This document shows positions 49,365 through 59,982 of a DNA stretch of 64,000 nt, piece after piece (position 1 is the first letter of the stretch; each line of letters begins with the position of its first letter). Both the position numbers and the translations under genes were made by a program. This DNA is from an uncultured Prevotella sp. (lineage in GTDB: Bacteria; Bacteroidota; Bacteroidia; Bacteroidales; Bacteroidaceae), in assembly GCF_937922495.1 (NCBI RefSeq), contig NZ_CALAIU010000021.1. The stretch is one strand, 5' to 3'. The notes under the pieces are model-generated. The model was not told where the DNA came from. It saw nothing but the letters and a program-made list of their open reading frames with translations, and searched no databases.

Positions 49365-51080
49365 ATGCATTTTAAATGGAAATACGAACCACCTACACCA
49401 GAACAGAAGAAAGATGCGGATAAACTGACAGAGGACACGAACATCAGTGCGCCGCTCGCGCTGATAATGGCTAAACGCGGAATAAAGGAGAAGGACGCCA
49501 AGAAGTTCTTCCATCCGCAGCTGGGCGACCTGCTCGACCCTTTCCTCATGAAGGACATGGACAAGGCGGTGGAACGCCTGAACGAAGCCATGGGACGTAA
49601 GGAACGTATCATGGTGTATGGTGACTACGATGTGGACGGATGCACGGCCGTGGCATTGGTCTACAAATTCTTGCAACAGTATTACTCCAATATCGACTAC
49701 TACATTCCCGACCGCTACGACGAGGGATATGGGGTGAGCCGCAAGGGCATCGAATACGCCCGGGAGACAGGAGTAAGCCTGATTATCATTCTCGACTGCG
49801 GAATCAAGGCGATAAGCGAAATACAATACGCCAAGAGCATCGGCATCGACTTCATCATCTGCGACCATCATGTGCCGGACGACGAGATGCCGCCGGCTGC
49901 CGCCATCCTCAACCCAAAGAGGACCGACGACGAATACCCCTTCAAGCATCTGTGCGGATGCGGAGTGGGATTCAAGCTCATGCAGGCTTTCGCCAAGAAC
50001 AACGGCATTCCGTTTGCAAGGCTCATACCGCTGCTCGACTTCTGTGCGGTGAGCATTGCGGCAGACATCGTGCCCGTGACGGGAGAGAACAGGATACTGG
50101 CATACCACGGACTGAAACAGCTCAACCAGAACCCAAACGTGGGGCTGAAGGCTATCATCGACATCTGCGGACTCAACGGAAGGACGCTCTCGATGAGCGA
50201 CATCGTGTTCAAGATCGGCCCGCGCATCAATGCTTCGGGCAGGATGGAGAACGGACGGGAGAGTGTGGACCTGCTTGTGGAGAAGGACTTCGGCGTGGCG
50301 CTCAACGAGGCGAAACACATCAACGAATACAACGAACAGCGGAAGGACATAGACAAGCAGATGACGGAGGAAGCCAACCTCATCGTGGAGCGGCTGGAAA
50401 GCCAGCAGAAACATTCGAGCATCGTGCTCTACGACGAGAACTGGAAGAAGGGCGTCATCGGCATCGTGGCCTCAAGGCTCACGGAGATATACGTAAGGCC
50501 GACCGTGGTTCTGACGCGCGACGGTGACCTGGCAACGGGTTCGGCACGCAGCGTGGCGGGCTTCGACATATACTCGGCTATAAAGAGCTGCCGCGACCTG
50601 CTGATGAATTTCGGCGGACATACGTATGCCGCCGGACTGACTCTGCGATGGGATGACGTGAAGGAGTTCCGCAGACGCTTCCAGCAGTATGTGGAGGAGC
50701 ATATACGCCCCGAGCATACCGAGGCGACGCTCGACATCGACGCCGTAATAGACTTCAGGGACATCACGAAGAAGATGCACAGCGAACTGAAGAAGTTCGG
50801 CCCCTTCGGCCCAGGTAACCCGAAACCGCTCTTCTGCACGAAAGACGTATACGACTTCGGCACGAGCAAGGTGGTGGGCAGAGAGCAGGAGCACATCAAA
50901 CTGGAACTGGTTGACTCAAAGTCGAACAACGTGATGAACGGCATCGCCTTCGGACAGAGCGCATCGGCAAGATACATCAAGTCAAAGCGCAGCTTCGACA
51001 TTGCATATACGATCGAAGACAACGTGTTCAAGCACAACGACGTGCAGCTGCAGATCGAGGACATCAGACCGAGCGAGTGA
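49365..51080 (+). CDS. recJ: Single-stranded-DNA-specific exonuclease RecJ
   Basis: DHH motifs (VYGDYDVDGCTAVAL, ICDHH) and DHHA1. The protein is 571 aa. Confidence 0.9.
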   Translation: MHFKWKYEPPTPEQKKDADKLTEDTNISAPLALIMAKRGIKEKDAKKFFHPQLGDLLDPFLMKDMDKAVERLNEAMGRKERIMVYGDYDVDGCTAVALVYKFLQQYYSNIDYYIPDRYDEGYGVSRKGIEYARETGVSLIIILDCGIKAISEIQYAKSIGIDFIICDHHVPDDEMPPAAAILNPKRTDDEYPFKHLCGCGVGFKLMQAFAKNNGIPFARLIPLLDFCAVSIAADIVPVTGENRILAYHGLKQLNQNPNVGLKAIIDICGLNGRTLSMSDIVFKIGPRINASGRMENGRESVDLLVEKDFGVALNEAKHINEYNEQRKDIDKQMTEEANLIVERLESQQKHSSIVLYDENWKKGVIGIVASRLTEIYVRPTVVLTRDGDLATGSARSVAGFDIYSAIKSCRDLLMNFGGHTYAAGLTLRWDDVKEFRRRFQQYVEEHIRPEHTEATLDIDAVIDFRDITKKMHSELKKFGPFGPGNPKPLFCTKDVYDFGTSKVVGREQEHIKLELVDSKSNNVMNGIAFGQSASARYIKSKRSFDIAYTIEDNVFKHNDVQLQIEDIRPSE

Positions 51081-51173
51081 GCAATTACCAATGAGCGGTT
51101 GTCATTGACCGGCGATTGACTGCAAGGGATTGATTATCCGTTTATGATTCATTGATAATCAAACCGGCGGCCA

Positions 51174-53138
51174 ATGCTCCATGCCGGAAAGTATATCGTG
51201 ACGGACGAAAAGGAGGAAAACGATTTGGCAAATACACAGCAAGACAGATTCAAGGATATCCTGAAAGAATACTGGGGATATCCCGATTTCAGAGGAATAC
51301 AAAAAGAAATCATCGAGAGCATCAGTCAAGGGAAAGACACCCTGGGACTGATGCCTACCGGCGGTGGCAAGTCTATCACATTCCAGGTGCCTGCCATCGC
51401 CATGGAGGGAGTGTGCATAGTTGTCACGCCGCTCATTGCCCTGATGAAGGACCAGGTGGAGCATCTGCGCCACAAGGGCGTGAAGGCATACGCCATATAC
51501 GGCAGCATGCAAAGGGCGGAAATACTGAAGATTCTCGACAATGCCGTGCTCGGCGGCGTCACCCTGTTGTATGTATCGCCCGAAAGACTGTCAACCGAGC
51601 AATTTCTCATCAAACTGAAACACATGAAGGTGAGCTTCATCACCGTGGACGAAGCCCACTGCATCAGCCAATGGGGATATGACTTCCGGCCGTCGTATCT
51701 CGCAATATCCGAAATAAGAAAGGTAAAGCCCGAGGCTCCGGTGCTCGCACTGACAGCCACGGCAACGCCTGCCACGATAGACGACATACAGGACAAGCTC
51801 GGATTCAAGCAGAAGAACGTGTTCCGCATGAGCTTCGAACGCAAGAACCTGGCATATATCGTGAGGGAGACAAGCGACAAGAAGGAGCAGATGGTACATA
51901 TACTGGAATCCGTGGAAGGCAGCGCCATCGTATATGTATACAGCCGGCAGAAAACCAAGGAAATGGCGGAGTATCTGCAGCAGGCAGGCATCAGCGCCAC
52001 ATTCTACCACGCCGGACTGGAACACAGCATGAGGGACGAGAGGCAGACGATGTGGCAGGAGGACAAAGTGAAGGTGATGGTAGCCACCAATGCCTTCGGC
52101 ATGGGAATAGACAAGCCCGACGTGAGGGTGGTGATACATATCGACTGCCCCGACTCCATCGAGGCGTATTTCCAGGAGGCAGGACGTGCCGGACGAGACG
52201 GGAAGAAGGCATACGCCGTGATGCTCTACAGCGACAGAGACCGCGCCGTGCTCCACAACAGGCTTGCCGACAACTTCCCCGACAAGGACTACATCAAGAC
52301 GGTTTACGAACATATCGCCTACTTCTTCCAGCTGGCCGTAGGCAGCGGATTCAACCACACCTTCGAATTCAACATCGAACAGTTCTGCATCTACTTCAAG
52401 CACTTCCCCATAAAGCTCGAGTCGGCACTCCACATTCTCGAGAAATCCGGCTACATAGAATACAAGGAGGACGGAGAGACACGGACAAGGATGATGTTCC
52501 TTGTGGACAGGGACGAACTCTACAGGCTGAACGAACTGTCGGAGAAGTACAACACCCTGATCATCACGCTGCTCAGATGCTACAGCGGGTTGTTCTCCGA
52601 CTATGTATGTATCGACGAGGGCATCATAGCAAAGCAATGCGACATAGACGAACGCGAGGTGTATATGATGCTCAAGGAACTGAACCGCAAGCATATCATC
52701 AGCTTCATTCCCAGGAAATCCACTCCCCGCATCAGATACACACAGAGCCGGGTGGAACAGAGCGAGCTCGTAATCCCGCAGAACGTCTACGAGCAGCGCA
52801 AGGACCTCTTCAGGGCAAGAATCGAAGCCGTAATAGACTACGCCGAGAACGAATATATCTGCCGCAGCAGACAGTTGCTAAGATATTTCGGCGAGAAGGA
52901 GACAAAGGATTGCGGACAATGCGACGTATGCATCAGCCACAAGAAGGAGACGAAAGAGGACAAACTGGAGCAGGAGCAGATACGCAGGGAGATTCTCAAC
53001 CTCCTGGCCGACAAGAAGCCGCACAACATCAGCGACCTCTACCAGCTGAAGCACGACACATACAAGGTGGACAGCGTATTGATGTATATGACGTATGAGG
53101 AGGAGGTTTTCAACGACAACGGGAAAATCACCGTCTGA
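51174..53138 (+). CDS. recQ: ATP-dependent DNA helicase RecQ
   Basis: FRGIQKEII...MPTGGGKS, DEAH (VDEAHCISQWG), zinc-binding CGQCDVC and the HRDC region. Confidence 0.9.
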   Translation: MLHAGKYIVTDEKEENDLANTQQDRFKDILKEYWGYPDFRGIQKEIIESISQGKDTLGLMPTGGGKSITFQVPAIAMEGVCIVVTPLIALMKDQVEHLRHKGVKAYAIYGSMQRAEILKILDNAVLGGVTLLYVSPERLSTEQFLIKLKHMKVSFITVDEAHCISQWGYDFRPSYLAISEIRKVKPEAPVLALTATATPATIDDIQDKLGFKQKNVFRMSFERKNLAYIVRETSDKKEQMVHILESVEGSAIVYVYSRQKTKEMAEYLQQAGISATFYHAGLEHSMRDERQTMWQEDKVKVMVATNAFGMGIDKPDVRVVIHIDCPDSIEAYFQEAGRAGRDGKKAYAVMLYSDRDRAVLHNRLADNFPDKDYIKTVYEHIAYFFQLAVGSGFNHTFEFNIEQFCIYFKHFPIKLESALHILEKSGYIEYKEDGETRTRMMFLVDRDELYRLNELSEKYNTLIITLLRCYSGLFSDYVCIDEGIIAKQCDIDEREVYMMLKELNRKHIISFIPRKSTPRIRYTQSRVEQSELVIPQNVYEQRKDLFRARIEAVIDYAENEYICRSRQLLRYFGEKETKDCGQCDVCISHKKETKEDKLEQEQIRREILNLLADKKPHNISDLYQLKHDTYKVDSVLMYMTYEEEVFNDNGKITV

Positions 53139-53188
53139 CACAATGCACCACACCGACTTTTACCACAAAACCAGATAAAATCAACTAT

Positions 53189-53980
53189 ATGAAATCAACA
53201 GACAACAAGAAGACTGAATCAACTGACAAGATCGGCAGATACGGATTCCTGGCAGAACCGTTCCACTGCGACTTCTCCAAGAAGCTCTTCATGGGACACC
53301 TGGGCAACCATCTGCTCAATGCAGCCGACTTCCATTCCAACGACCGCGACTTCGGAATGAACTATCTGAACCCTATCCACAAGACATGGGTACTTTCGCG
53401 CCTCGCCATAGAGATGACCGATATGCCAGCGGCATACGAGAAGTTCGACGTGGAGACATGGGTGGAAAGCGCCATGAGATACTTCACGAACAGGAACTTC
53501 CGCATCAGCAGTCCCGACGACAGCACGGTATACGGCTACGGCAGAAGTGTGTGGGCAATGATCGACACCGAAACCAGGCAGCCGCAGAACATCATGGAGA
53601 TACGCGACGGGGAAATCATGCGCTACATCGATACCGAAAAAGAATGCCCCATCGGTCCGCTCTCGCGTGTGAAGATGAGCAAGGACGCCGAACTGCTGCG
53701 CACCATCGACACCCATTACAGCGACGTGGACGTGAACGGACATATCAACAGCGTGAAATACATCGAGCACGTGATCGACCTCTTCCCCATAGACTGGTAC
53801 AAGAGCCACCGCATCAAGCGCTTCGACATTGCCTACGTGGCCGAGAGCCACTACGGCGACCAGCTCAAGTTCTACCGCGAGAAGGTGGACGACAACACCT
53901 TCCACATAAGGATCTGCAAGTCAAACAGCGAGACGGGTGAGACGGAAGTAGTGAGAAGCATGGTAAGGTTTGACAGCTGA
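53189..53980 (+). CDS. Acyl-ACP thioesterase
   Basis: 263 aa tandem hotdog protein. The conserved motifs are NGHINSVKYIEHVID and FDIAYVAES. Confidence 0.7.
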   Translation: MKSTDNKKTESTDKIGRYGFLAEPFHCDFSKKLFMGHLGNHLLNAADFHSNDRDFGMNYLNPIHKTWVLSRLAIEMTDMPAAYEKFDVETWVESAMRYFTNRNFRISSPDDSTVYGYGRSVWAMIDTETRQPQNIMEIRDGEIMRYIDTEKECPIGPLSRVKMSKDAELLRTIDTHYSDVDVNGHINSVKYIEHVIDLFPIDWYKSHRIKRFDIAYVAESHYGDQLKFYREKVDDNTFHIRICKSNSETGETEVVRSMVRFDS

Positions 53981-54090
53981 AAAGCATTGCTCCGCCGGGC
54001 GTGCGACTACAGTGAGAAGTGTTTTTCACTATAGTGAGAAGTGTTTTCCACTATAGTGAAAAATACTTTTCTCTACCGTGACACGACCAA
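53975..54090. repeat. Palindromic repeat element, copy 3
   Basis: TGAAAAGCATTGCTCCGCCGGGCGTGCGACTACAGTGAG followed by 3 CACTATAGTGA-type palindromes at 22 bp spacing, ending GTGACACGACC (inverted to the GGTCGTGCGAC head). Confidence 0.8.
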
Positions 54091-54190
54091 TGGAGCAGAA
54101 CTTTCCGCCCGATGGATTGCAGCTTTGCAGCCAGGGCAGCCGTGGTTGGCACTGCGGATAAAAATATATGGAATGTTATGGGGGTATAAA

Positions 54191-54224
54191 AAAAGCTTCA
54201 AATCAATATGACTTGAAGCTCTTT
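54191..54224 (-). terminator. Rho-independent terminator downstream of tRNA-Cys
   Basis: The minus strand reads AGCTTCAAgtcatattgattTGAAGCT followed by TTTTTTT. Confidence 0.75.
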
Positions 54225-54298
54225 TGGAGGTACCTAGCAGAGTCGAACTGCTCTACACGGTTTTGCAGACCGTTACCTAACCGATCGGCCAAGGTACC
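54225..54298 (-). tRNA. tRNA-Cys (GCA)
   Basis: The minus strand folds as a cloverleaf, GGTACCTTGGCCGATCGGTTAGGTAACGGTCTGCAAAACCGTGTAGAGCAGTTCGACTCTGCTAGGTACCTCCA: a 7 bp acceptor stem, anticodon loop CUGCAAA, T-loop TTCGACT and an encoded CCA. Confidence 0.9.
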
Positions 54299-54374
54299 AT
54301 TTCTCATTTGCGAGTGCAAAGGTAGGGAATTTATTTATATCCACCAAACTTTTCGGCACAATTCTTTTAAATAT

Positions 54375-54665
54375 TTATTTTTCATCCGCTTTTTCCTCGT
54401 TTTTATGTACGAATCCGGCTTTTGAACCCTTTGACGGAGCTGATTCCTGATCTTCCCGGGAACCGGCCTTCGCCTTATGCTTACTGTTGGAACTGCAGCT
54501 GCTGTTGTGTGCGTGCTTTTTCAGCTCGGCGAGTGCGCATCCAGAACAGTCGCCACAGCTGTTTCCTGCCACGCCGCCCTGATTGGAGAAATACTTCCAT
54601 ATTCTGTATGAGGCATACATCAAAGCTGCCAGAATTGCTATATATACTATAATGAACTGTATCAT
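54375..54665 (-). CDS. FeoB-associated Cys-rich small membrane protein with an extended K/S/E-rich tail
   Basis: MIQFIIVYIAILAALMYASYRIWKYF...NSCGDCSGCAL: one TM helix plus a CxxCxGC motif. Confidence 0.55.
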   Translation of the reverse strand: MIQFIIVYIAILAALMYASYRIWKYFSNQGGVAGNSCGDCSGCALAELKKHAHNSSCSSNSKHKAKAGSREDQESAPSKGSKAGFVHKNEEKADEK

Positions 54666-54696
54666 AGACTACGTTGATTTAAAAATTGACAAATGA

Positions 54697-55287
54697 TTAC
54701 AATGCCTTGCGCAGCGAAGCGAGGTATTCGTCCACATTACCGTCTGCCATCCGCTGCCACACGTCGCCGAGGATTGCCACGCCGCCAAAGCCCAGTTCCT
54801 TCACACGGGGGATATTCTCCAGCGTCACGCCCCCAAGGGCAATCACGCGGCGGTCTATCAGTCCGCTATCTCTGGCGGCTGCCAACTGCCCGGGTCCGAA
54901 AGCCGCCATGTATCCCTGTTTGGAGATACTGTTGAATATCGGACTGAGCGTGAGATAATCACACTCCCCCTTGTAGCGGGAGATTTCTTCCAGACTGTGG
55001 CATGAGCGCGACACGCTGCCCTCGTGGTTTGGCGGTGCCATCGGGTTGCGTCCGTTCAGATGCACCCCGCCGAGACCGTATTCACGGCACAGTCCGAAAT
55101 TGTCGTGCACCACTATCCGCGGCAGCCATTCGCGGCTGATTCCGTCCAGCAGTCTTCTGCACTCCCCTATGTCTGCCCCCGGCTTTCGCAGATGCAGCCG
55201 GTCGAGGCCGTGACCGAAGAGTCTGTCGATAAAGTCTGCCTCGCCCTGGAGAAATCCGGGCGAGGTTATTACTATCCATTCCATCAT
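54697..55287 (-). CDS. thiE: Thiamine-phosphate synthase / TenI-like (stand-alone copy)
   Basis: 196 aa TMP-TENI family member (IVITSP...LHLRKPG...GGV), lying downstream of thiDE. Confidence 0.7.
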   Translation of the reverse strand: MMEWIVITSPGFLQGEADFIDRLFGHGLDRLHLRKPGADIGECRRLLDGISREWLPRIVVHDNFGLCREYGLGGVHLNGRNPMAPPNHEGSVSRSCHSLEEISRYKGECDYLTLSPIFNSISKQGYMAAFGPGQLAAARDSGLIDRRVIALGGVTLENIPRVKELGFGGVAILGDVWQRMADGNVDEYLASLRKAL

Positions 55288-55297
55288 TCAGCCAGTT

Positions 55298-56764
55298 TTA
55301 TTCCGTTGCAGATTCCACGAGCCGGCAGAACTTCTGCGTCTCGCCTATCGGGTTTCCGGCCGTAAGCACCGCACCGCTAACGGCCACTCCGCTCACGCCG
55401 GTCCCCATTATTGCCCTAACGTCGTCAGGCAGGATTCCGCCTATAGCCACCATCGGCAGCACGATTCCCCGCTGGCGCATACCACGGATTATCTTCCTGT
55501 AGCCCTCGATGCCGAGCACGGGCGAGAGGTTCTTCTTGGTGGTGGTGAAGCGGAACGGGCCGCAGCCTATATAGTCTGCCCCCGCCCTGTAGAGGCGCTC
55601 CACGTCGTCAAGCGTGTTTGCCGTTCCACCTATTATATATTCAGGACCCAGAATCCTGCGGACCTCATCTATCGGCATGTCGTTCTTGCCGAGATGCACT
55701 CCGTCGGCTCCCGTCTGCCTTACGAGGTTTACCTTGTCGTCGATGATGAACACGGCATGGTATTCCTCGCAGAGAGCCTTCACCTTTTTAGCCTCGGCGA
55801 CAAACTCAGCGTCCGTCGCCTCCTTCATCCTCAGCTGTACCCAGCGGCAGCCGCCCTTCAGCGCCAGTTCTATACCGTCGGCATAGGCGTGGACACCGTT
55901 GCTGTGGCTGATGAACTGCAGTGCCATACCTTCGAGACGCTTTGTAGGATGGGCGTCGTCGGCACTGCGGTAGAGATGTGTATGGCTGACGGGGCCGTGG
56001 CCCTTGCCCTGACGGATGTCCTTGCCGTCAACGATGGCTCCGTGAAGATACTCCACGGCGTGGCCTACGGCAGCAAGCATCGTCTCCCCGCGGGCGAGCA
56101 GCGAGGCAATCGCCGACGAGAGGGTGCATCCCGTGCCGTGAGTGTTCATGGTTTCCACGGCGGCATTGCGGAACGAAGCCGCCAGTCGGCCGTCTACATA
56201 GAGTCTGTCCTCCTTCTCCTCGCCCTTCAGGTGTCCGCCCTTTATCAGCACCGCCCTGCATCCGAGCCGGCAGATTGCCGCTGCGGCTGCGTCCATATCG
56301 GCGGCACAGCGGATTGTCATTCCGGAGAGCCTTTCAGCTTCGGGTATGTTCGGTGTGAGGAGCGTAGCCAATGGCAGGAGTTCGCCCACGAATGTCTTCA
56401 CGGCATCCCCGTCCATCAGGGCATGTCCGCTCGTAGACACCATGACGGGGTCCACCACGATGTTCTGCGGCTTGTATTCGCGCAGGCATGCCGCCACCGC
56501 ACGCATCACGCCGGCGTCGCCGAGCATCCCCACCTTCACGGCATCCACCACGAAGTCGCCCATAACGGCGCGTATCTGGCCCTCCACCGCCGCGGCGCTC
56601 ACCGGTTCCACGGCGCTGACGCCCTGCGTGTTCTGCGAGGTAACTGCCGTCACCGCCGACGCGGCATATACGCCGAGCGCCGTCATCGTCTTGATATCCG
56701 CCTGTATTCCGGCTCCGCCACAACTGTCGGAGCCTGCTATCGTAAGTGCTGTAATGTATCTCAT
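55298..56764 (-). CDS. thiDE: Bifunctional hydroxymethylpyrimidine/phosphomethylpyrimidine kinase ThiD fused to thiamine-phosphate synthase ThiE
   Basis: N-terminal ThiD (IAGSDSCGGAGIQADIKT) and C-terminal ThiE (VQLRMKEA...GADGVHLGKND...GGI). Confidence 0.85.
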   Translation of the reverse strand: MRYITALTIAGSDSCGGAGIQADIKTMTALGVYAASAVTAVTSQNTQGVSAVEPVSAAAVEGQIRAVMGDFVVDAVKVGMLGDAGVMRAVAACLREYKPQNIVVDPVMVSTSGHALMDGDAVKTFVGELLPLATLLTPNIPEAERLSGMTIRCAADMDAAAAAICRLGCRAVLIKGGHLKGEEKEDRLYVDGRLAASFRNAAVETMNTHGTGCTLSSAIASLLARGETMLAAVGHAVEYLHGAIVDGKDIRQGKGHGPVSHTHLYRSADDAHPTKRLEGMALQFISHSNGVHAYADGIELALKGGCRWVQLRMKEATDAEFVAEAKKVKALCEEYHAVFIIDDKVNLVRQTGADGVHLGKNDMPIDEVRRILGPEYIIGGTANTLDDVERLYRAGADYIGCGPFRFTTTKKNLSPVLGIEGYRKIIRGMRQRGIVLPMVAIGGILPDDVRAIMGTGVSGVAVSGAVLTAGNPIGETQKFCRLVESATE

Positions 56765-56837
56765 TCCGTTTTTTCCTTTAGTCTGATGATTATATTCTGC
56801 AAAGTTACAAATTATTTTGGTACATCCGGGTTATGAG

Positions 56838-56882
56838 GCATAAATAACAGCCCCCGAACGGTCAACCGGGCCGTTTGGGGGC
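56838..56882 (-). terminator. Putative terminator after cydB
   Basis: GCCCCCGAACGG-tcaaccggg-CCGTTTGGGGGC stem-loop followed by a U-rich tail on the minus strand. Confidence 0.5.
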
Positions 56883-56924
56883 TTGTTCATGTATCATAGG
56901 GAGCGAAGAAGAGTCCCCCCTCGC

Positions 56925-58010
56925 CTACTTTGTCAGTTTATACCATACCCATGCTATGTATGCCAGCACGAAAGGTATGGCCAGACTGACGATGCTCATC
57001 GTCCTGAGGGTGAACTCTGATGATGAGGAATTATAGATTGTCAGAGACGACCCCATGTCTGCATAAGAGGGATAGTAAGGCGTGTTGTTGTAGCCAGCCA
57101 CCCAGAACAGCGCCAGCACCACGAGAACCGTGCCCACACCCGAGAACCATATTCCCTTGCGGCTCTTACGGACCAGAGCTGCATAGACGGCATAGAGTAC
57201 AAGGAGGGTTCCCGAAAGGAAGCATGAGAGTGCCGCGGGCATAGCCAGAAGATTGTCGAGATATTTGTGGTCCACCTGCCGGAACTCATGCAGTCCTGTC
57301 GTTTCATAACCGCTTGCCGTGAACAATACTGCAACCGTGGCGAGGAAGAGCACGACGAATACGGGAGCATTGACGAGAAGCTGTCTACGGTTCCAGCCGG
57401 CAGTCTGCCCGTCCTTCACCTGATTCAGGAACCAGAGGTTAGCCTGCACACGTGTGAGGAACAGCACCATCAATCCGAACATCACCACACGCCAATCCAG
57501 AAGCACTTCCAGTCCATGCCAGTCGCCCCACTGCGATATGACGGGAGCAGACGCGTCGGTGAGATTAGTCTTCTCCACAGTGAAGTCGCTGCCGAAGAAG
57601 AATGTGGCAACCGCTCCGCCAAGGAGCAGCGGCGCAAGGATGCCGTTGATGAAAAGGAAGATGTCATACACCCTGCGGCCAAGGATGTTTCCCTCGGCAG
57701 TGCGGTATTTGAAGCTCACCGCCTGCACTACGAATCCGAAGAGTATAAGCATCCATATCCAGTAGGCTCCGCCGAAGGATGTGGAATAGAACAGCGGGAA
57801 CGATGCGAAGAACGCTCCTCCAAAGGTGACAAGCACTGTGAAGGTGAGCTCCCAGCGGTGCGCGATGGAATACAGCATCCCTTCACGCTGGTTCTCCTTC
57901 ATCTGCGGTATCATCGACTGGCCTCCCTGCACGAAGAGCATGAAGACCAACAGTGCGCCTAAGACTGAAATCAAAAGCCACCAATATTCTTGTAAAAGCT
58001 GATAGTTCAT
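56925..58010 (-). CDS. cydB: Cytochrome bd ubiquinol oxidase subunit II
   Basis: 361 aa polytopic protein starting MNYQLLQEYWW, encoded directly downstream of cydA. Confidence 0.85.
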   Translation of the reverse strand: MNYQLLQEYWWLLISVLGALLVFMLFVQGGQSMIPQMKENQREGMLYSIAHRWELTFTVLVTFGGAFFASFPLFYSTSFGGAYWIWMLILFGFVVQAVSFKYRTAEGNILGRRVYDIFLFINGILAPLLLGGAVATFFFGSDFTVEKTNLTDASAPVISQWGDWHGLEVLLDWRVVMFGLMVLFLTRVQANLWFLNQVKDGQTAGWNRRQLLVNAPVFVVLFLATVAVLFTASGYETTGLHEFRQVDHKYLDNLLAMPAALSCFLSGTLLVLYAVYAALVRKSRKGIWFSGVGTVLVVLALFWVAGYNNTPYYPSYADMGSSLTIYNSSSSEFTLRTMSIVSLAIPFVLAYIAWVWYKLTK

Positions 58011-58012
58011 GG

Positions 58013-59608
58013 TTATATGTTTTGGGGTTCAACAATTTCCGTCTGCCCGTCCACCGCCTCGGGACCTTTCTTTATCTGCTTTATCATTATATTGATTTCG
58101 GCACAGAGAAGGACGGTGAACAACAAGCCGAAGATTATAAATGTGGTGACCACCTGGCCTACCGACAGACTTGAAACGGCTGCCTGTACCGGCATGATGT
58201 CCTGGATTGCCCATGGCTGGCGCCCCACTTCGGCTACAATCCAGCCACACTGGGAGCAGATGTATGTCAGAGGCAGGGTGAGAAGAGCCAGGACAGGGAA
58301 GACACTTATGCTCTTCCATCTGTAGCTCAGCCATTCGCGCCGCCTGAATGACAGATACACCGTTGCGGCGAGGAAGACCAACAGCCATCCGCCGACGGCA
58401 ACCATGATATGGAAAGGATAGAACACCATGGCAACATTGGGGATTGCTTCCTTGACATCGTTGAAGTAACCGTAGCCAAAATACTTATAGTGCGGCTTCA
58501 GTGCCTTTTCCGCCGCTGCCATACCGGCGGCGTTGCCTGTCTTCTTTGCCTCATTGTATGCTGCAAGAGCCTTCCGGGCAGCCTTGCCGCGACTGATACG
58601 TTCGGCATACGGAACGGTATTGACCATCTTTCCGTCCACAACATCCTTTCCCTCAATGATGTCCTTGATGCCCGGGATGAAGGCATCGGCATCGTGGCGT
58701 CCAAGTATGCTCAAGCCCTTGGGGATGGCTATCTCAAACAGCATAGACTCCTGATTGTCATTCCATTGCTTATCCGGATTCAGGATGCCGAAGCCGACAA
58801 GGGGAGTCCCCTCCTTGCCCTCATACAGTCCCTCCATGGCGGCAAGCTTCATTGGCTGAACCTTTGTCACCTCTACCGCACTGCCGTCGCCGGAGTACAT
58901 GCACAACAGTATGCCGGCAAGCCCCACAGCGCCGCCCACCTTGATTGACCTGACGGCAAAGCCGACGTGGCGCTTCCTGATAAGGAACCAACCGCTCACG
59001 CCGACGACGAAAGCGCCGGCAAGACACCATCCGCTGGTGACGGCATGGAAGAACTTGTTCACCGCGACGGGCGAGAGCGCCACATCCCGGAAGCTGACCA
59101 TCACATTGCGCATCTGGTCGGCGGAAAACTCCATCCCCACAGGATATTGCATCCATGAGTTGGCCACGAGAATCCACCATGCGCTCAGACTCGCACCGAA
59201 GGCCGTGAGCCAGGTGGCGGCAAGATGCTGGCCGGCGGAAAACTTCTTCCAGCCGAAGAACATCACGGCGAAGAACGTGCTTTCGCAGAAGAAGGCAAAG
59301 ATGCCCTCTATGGCAAGCGGAGCTCCGAAGATATCGCCCACGAACCATGAATAATTGGAGAAATTGGTTCCGAATTCAAACTCCAGGATGATGCCCGTGG
59401 CTACTCCTATGGCGAAGTTCACTCCGAAGAGCGTCATCCAGAACTTGGTGAGATTCAGCCATTCCTGCTTGCGGGTGCGGTAATATACAGTCTCCATCAC
59501 GGCAACTATTATTCCCAATCCCAATGTCAGCGGCACGAACAGCCAATGGTAACATGCGGTAAGGGCAAACTGTGCCCTCGACCATTCCACTACGTTGATT
59601 ATATCCAT
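58013..59608 (-). CDS. cydA: Cytochrome bd ubiquinol oxidase subunit I
   Basis: Characteristic N-terminus (WSRAQFALTACYHWLFVPLTLG), Q-loop and 531 aa. Confidence 0.9.
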   Translation of the reverse strand: MDIINVVEWSRAQFALTACYHWLFVPLTLGLGIIVAVMETVYYRTRKQEWLNLTKFWMTLFGVNFAIGVATGIILEFEFGTNFSNYSWFVGDIFGAPLAIEGIFAFFCESTFFAVMFFGWKKFSAGQHLAATWLTAFGASLSAWWILVANSWMQYPVGMEFSADQMRNVMVSFRDVALSPVAVNKFFHAVTSGWCLAGAFVVGVSGWFLIRKRHVGFAVRSIKVGGAVGLAGILLCMYSGDGSAVEVTKVQPMKLAAMEGLYEGKEGTPLVGFGILNPDKQWNDNQESMLFEIAIPKGLSILGRHDADAFIPGIKDIIEGKDVVDGKMVNTVPYAERISRGKAARKALAAYNEAKKTGNAAGMAAAEKALKPHYKYFGYGYFNDVKEAIPNVAMVFYPFHIMVAVGGWLLVFLAATVYLSFRRREWLSYRWKSISVFPVLALLTLPLTYICSQCGWIVAEVGRQPWAIQDIMPVQAAVSSLSVGQVVTTFIIFGLLFTVLLCAEINIMIKQIKKGPEAVDGQTEIVEPQNI

Positions 59609-59620
59609 ACGCTTTTCTGA

Positions 59621-59827
59621 TTAAGGTTTCGTCGTTATCAGATTTTCCCTCACTTTGTCCGCCTTCTCCCCGTCAGTGCCCGACAGGGCAGGCTGGAAGA
59701 AGAAGACACGGAGAACGGCAAATATTATGAAAAGCTTTATCAGGATGATGGCCCATAGCGTCCTGCCGACCGTCATCCCCCTGAAGCCTTCATAATAGAA
59801 AAGGAATATTTTCCGTAAGTTTCCCAT
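59621..59827 (-). CDS. DUF4492-like small membrane protein preceding cydAB
   Basis: 68 aa with one TM helix, in the conserved position upstream of cydA in Bacteroidetes. Confidence 0.55.
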   Translation of the reverse strand: MGNLRKIFLFYYEGFRGMTVGRTLWAIILIKLFIIFAVLRVFFFQPALSGTDGEKADKVRENLITTKP

Positions 59828-59982
59828 ATCCTTGTTTTTTTGTCGTTATGATAATCATGAGGCAAAGATACAATTCCTCCAACAGGCAGGCAAATGCAAA
59901 TATCTATCCCATGATAGAGAATATCTTTTCTTTCAGGACATCGCCTCTCCACATCCATATACGAATGAAACATCAAACAAGA

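Noticed and set aside
56765-56860. Second TPP riboswitch upstream of thiDE
   Set aside because: The reverse-complemented leader lacks the CUGAGA / GGGGUGC THI-box elements.
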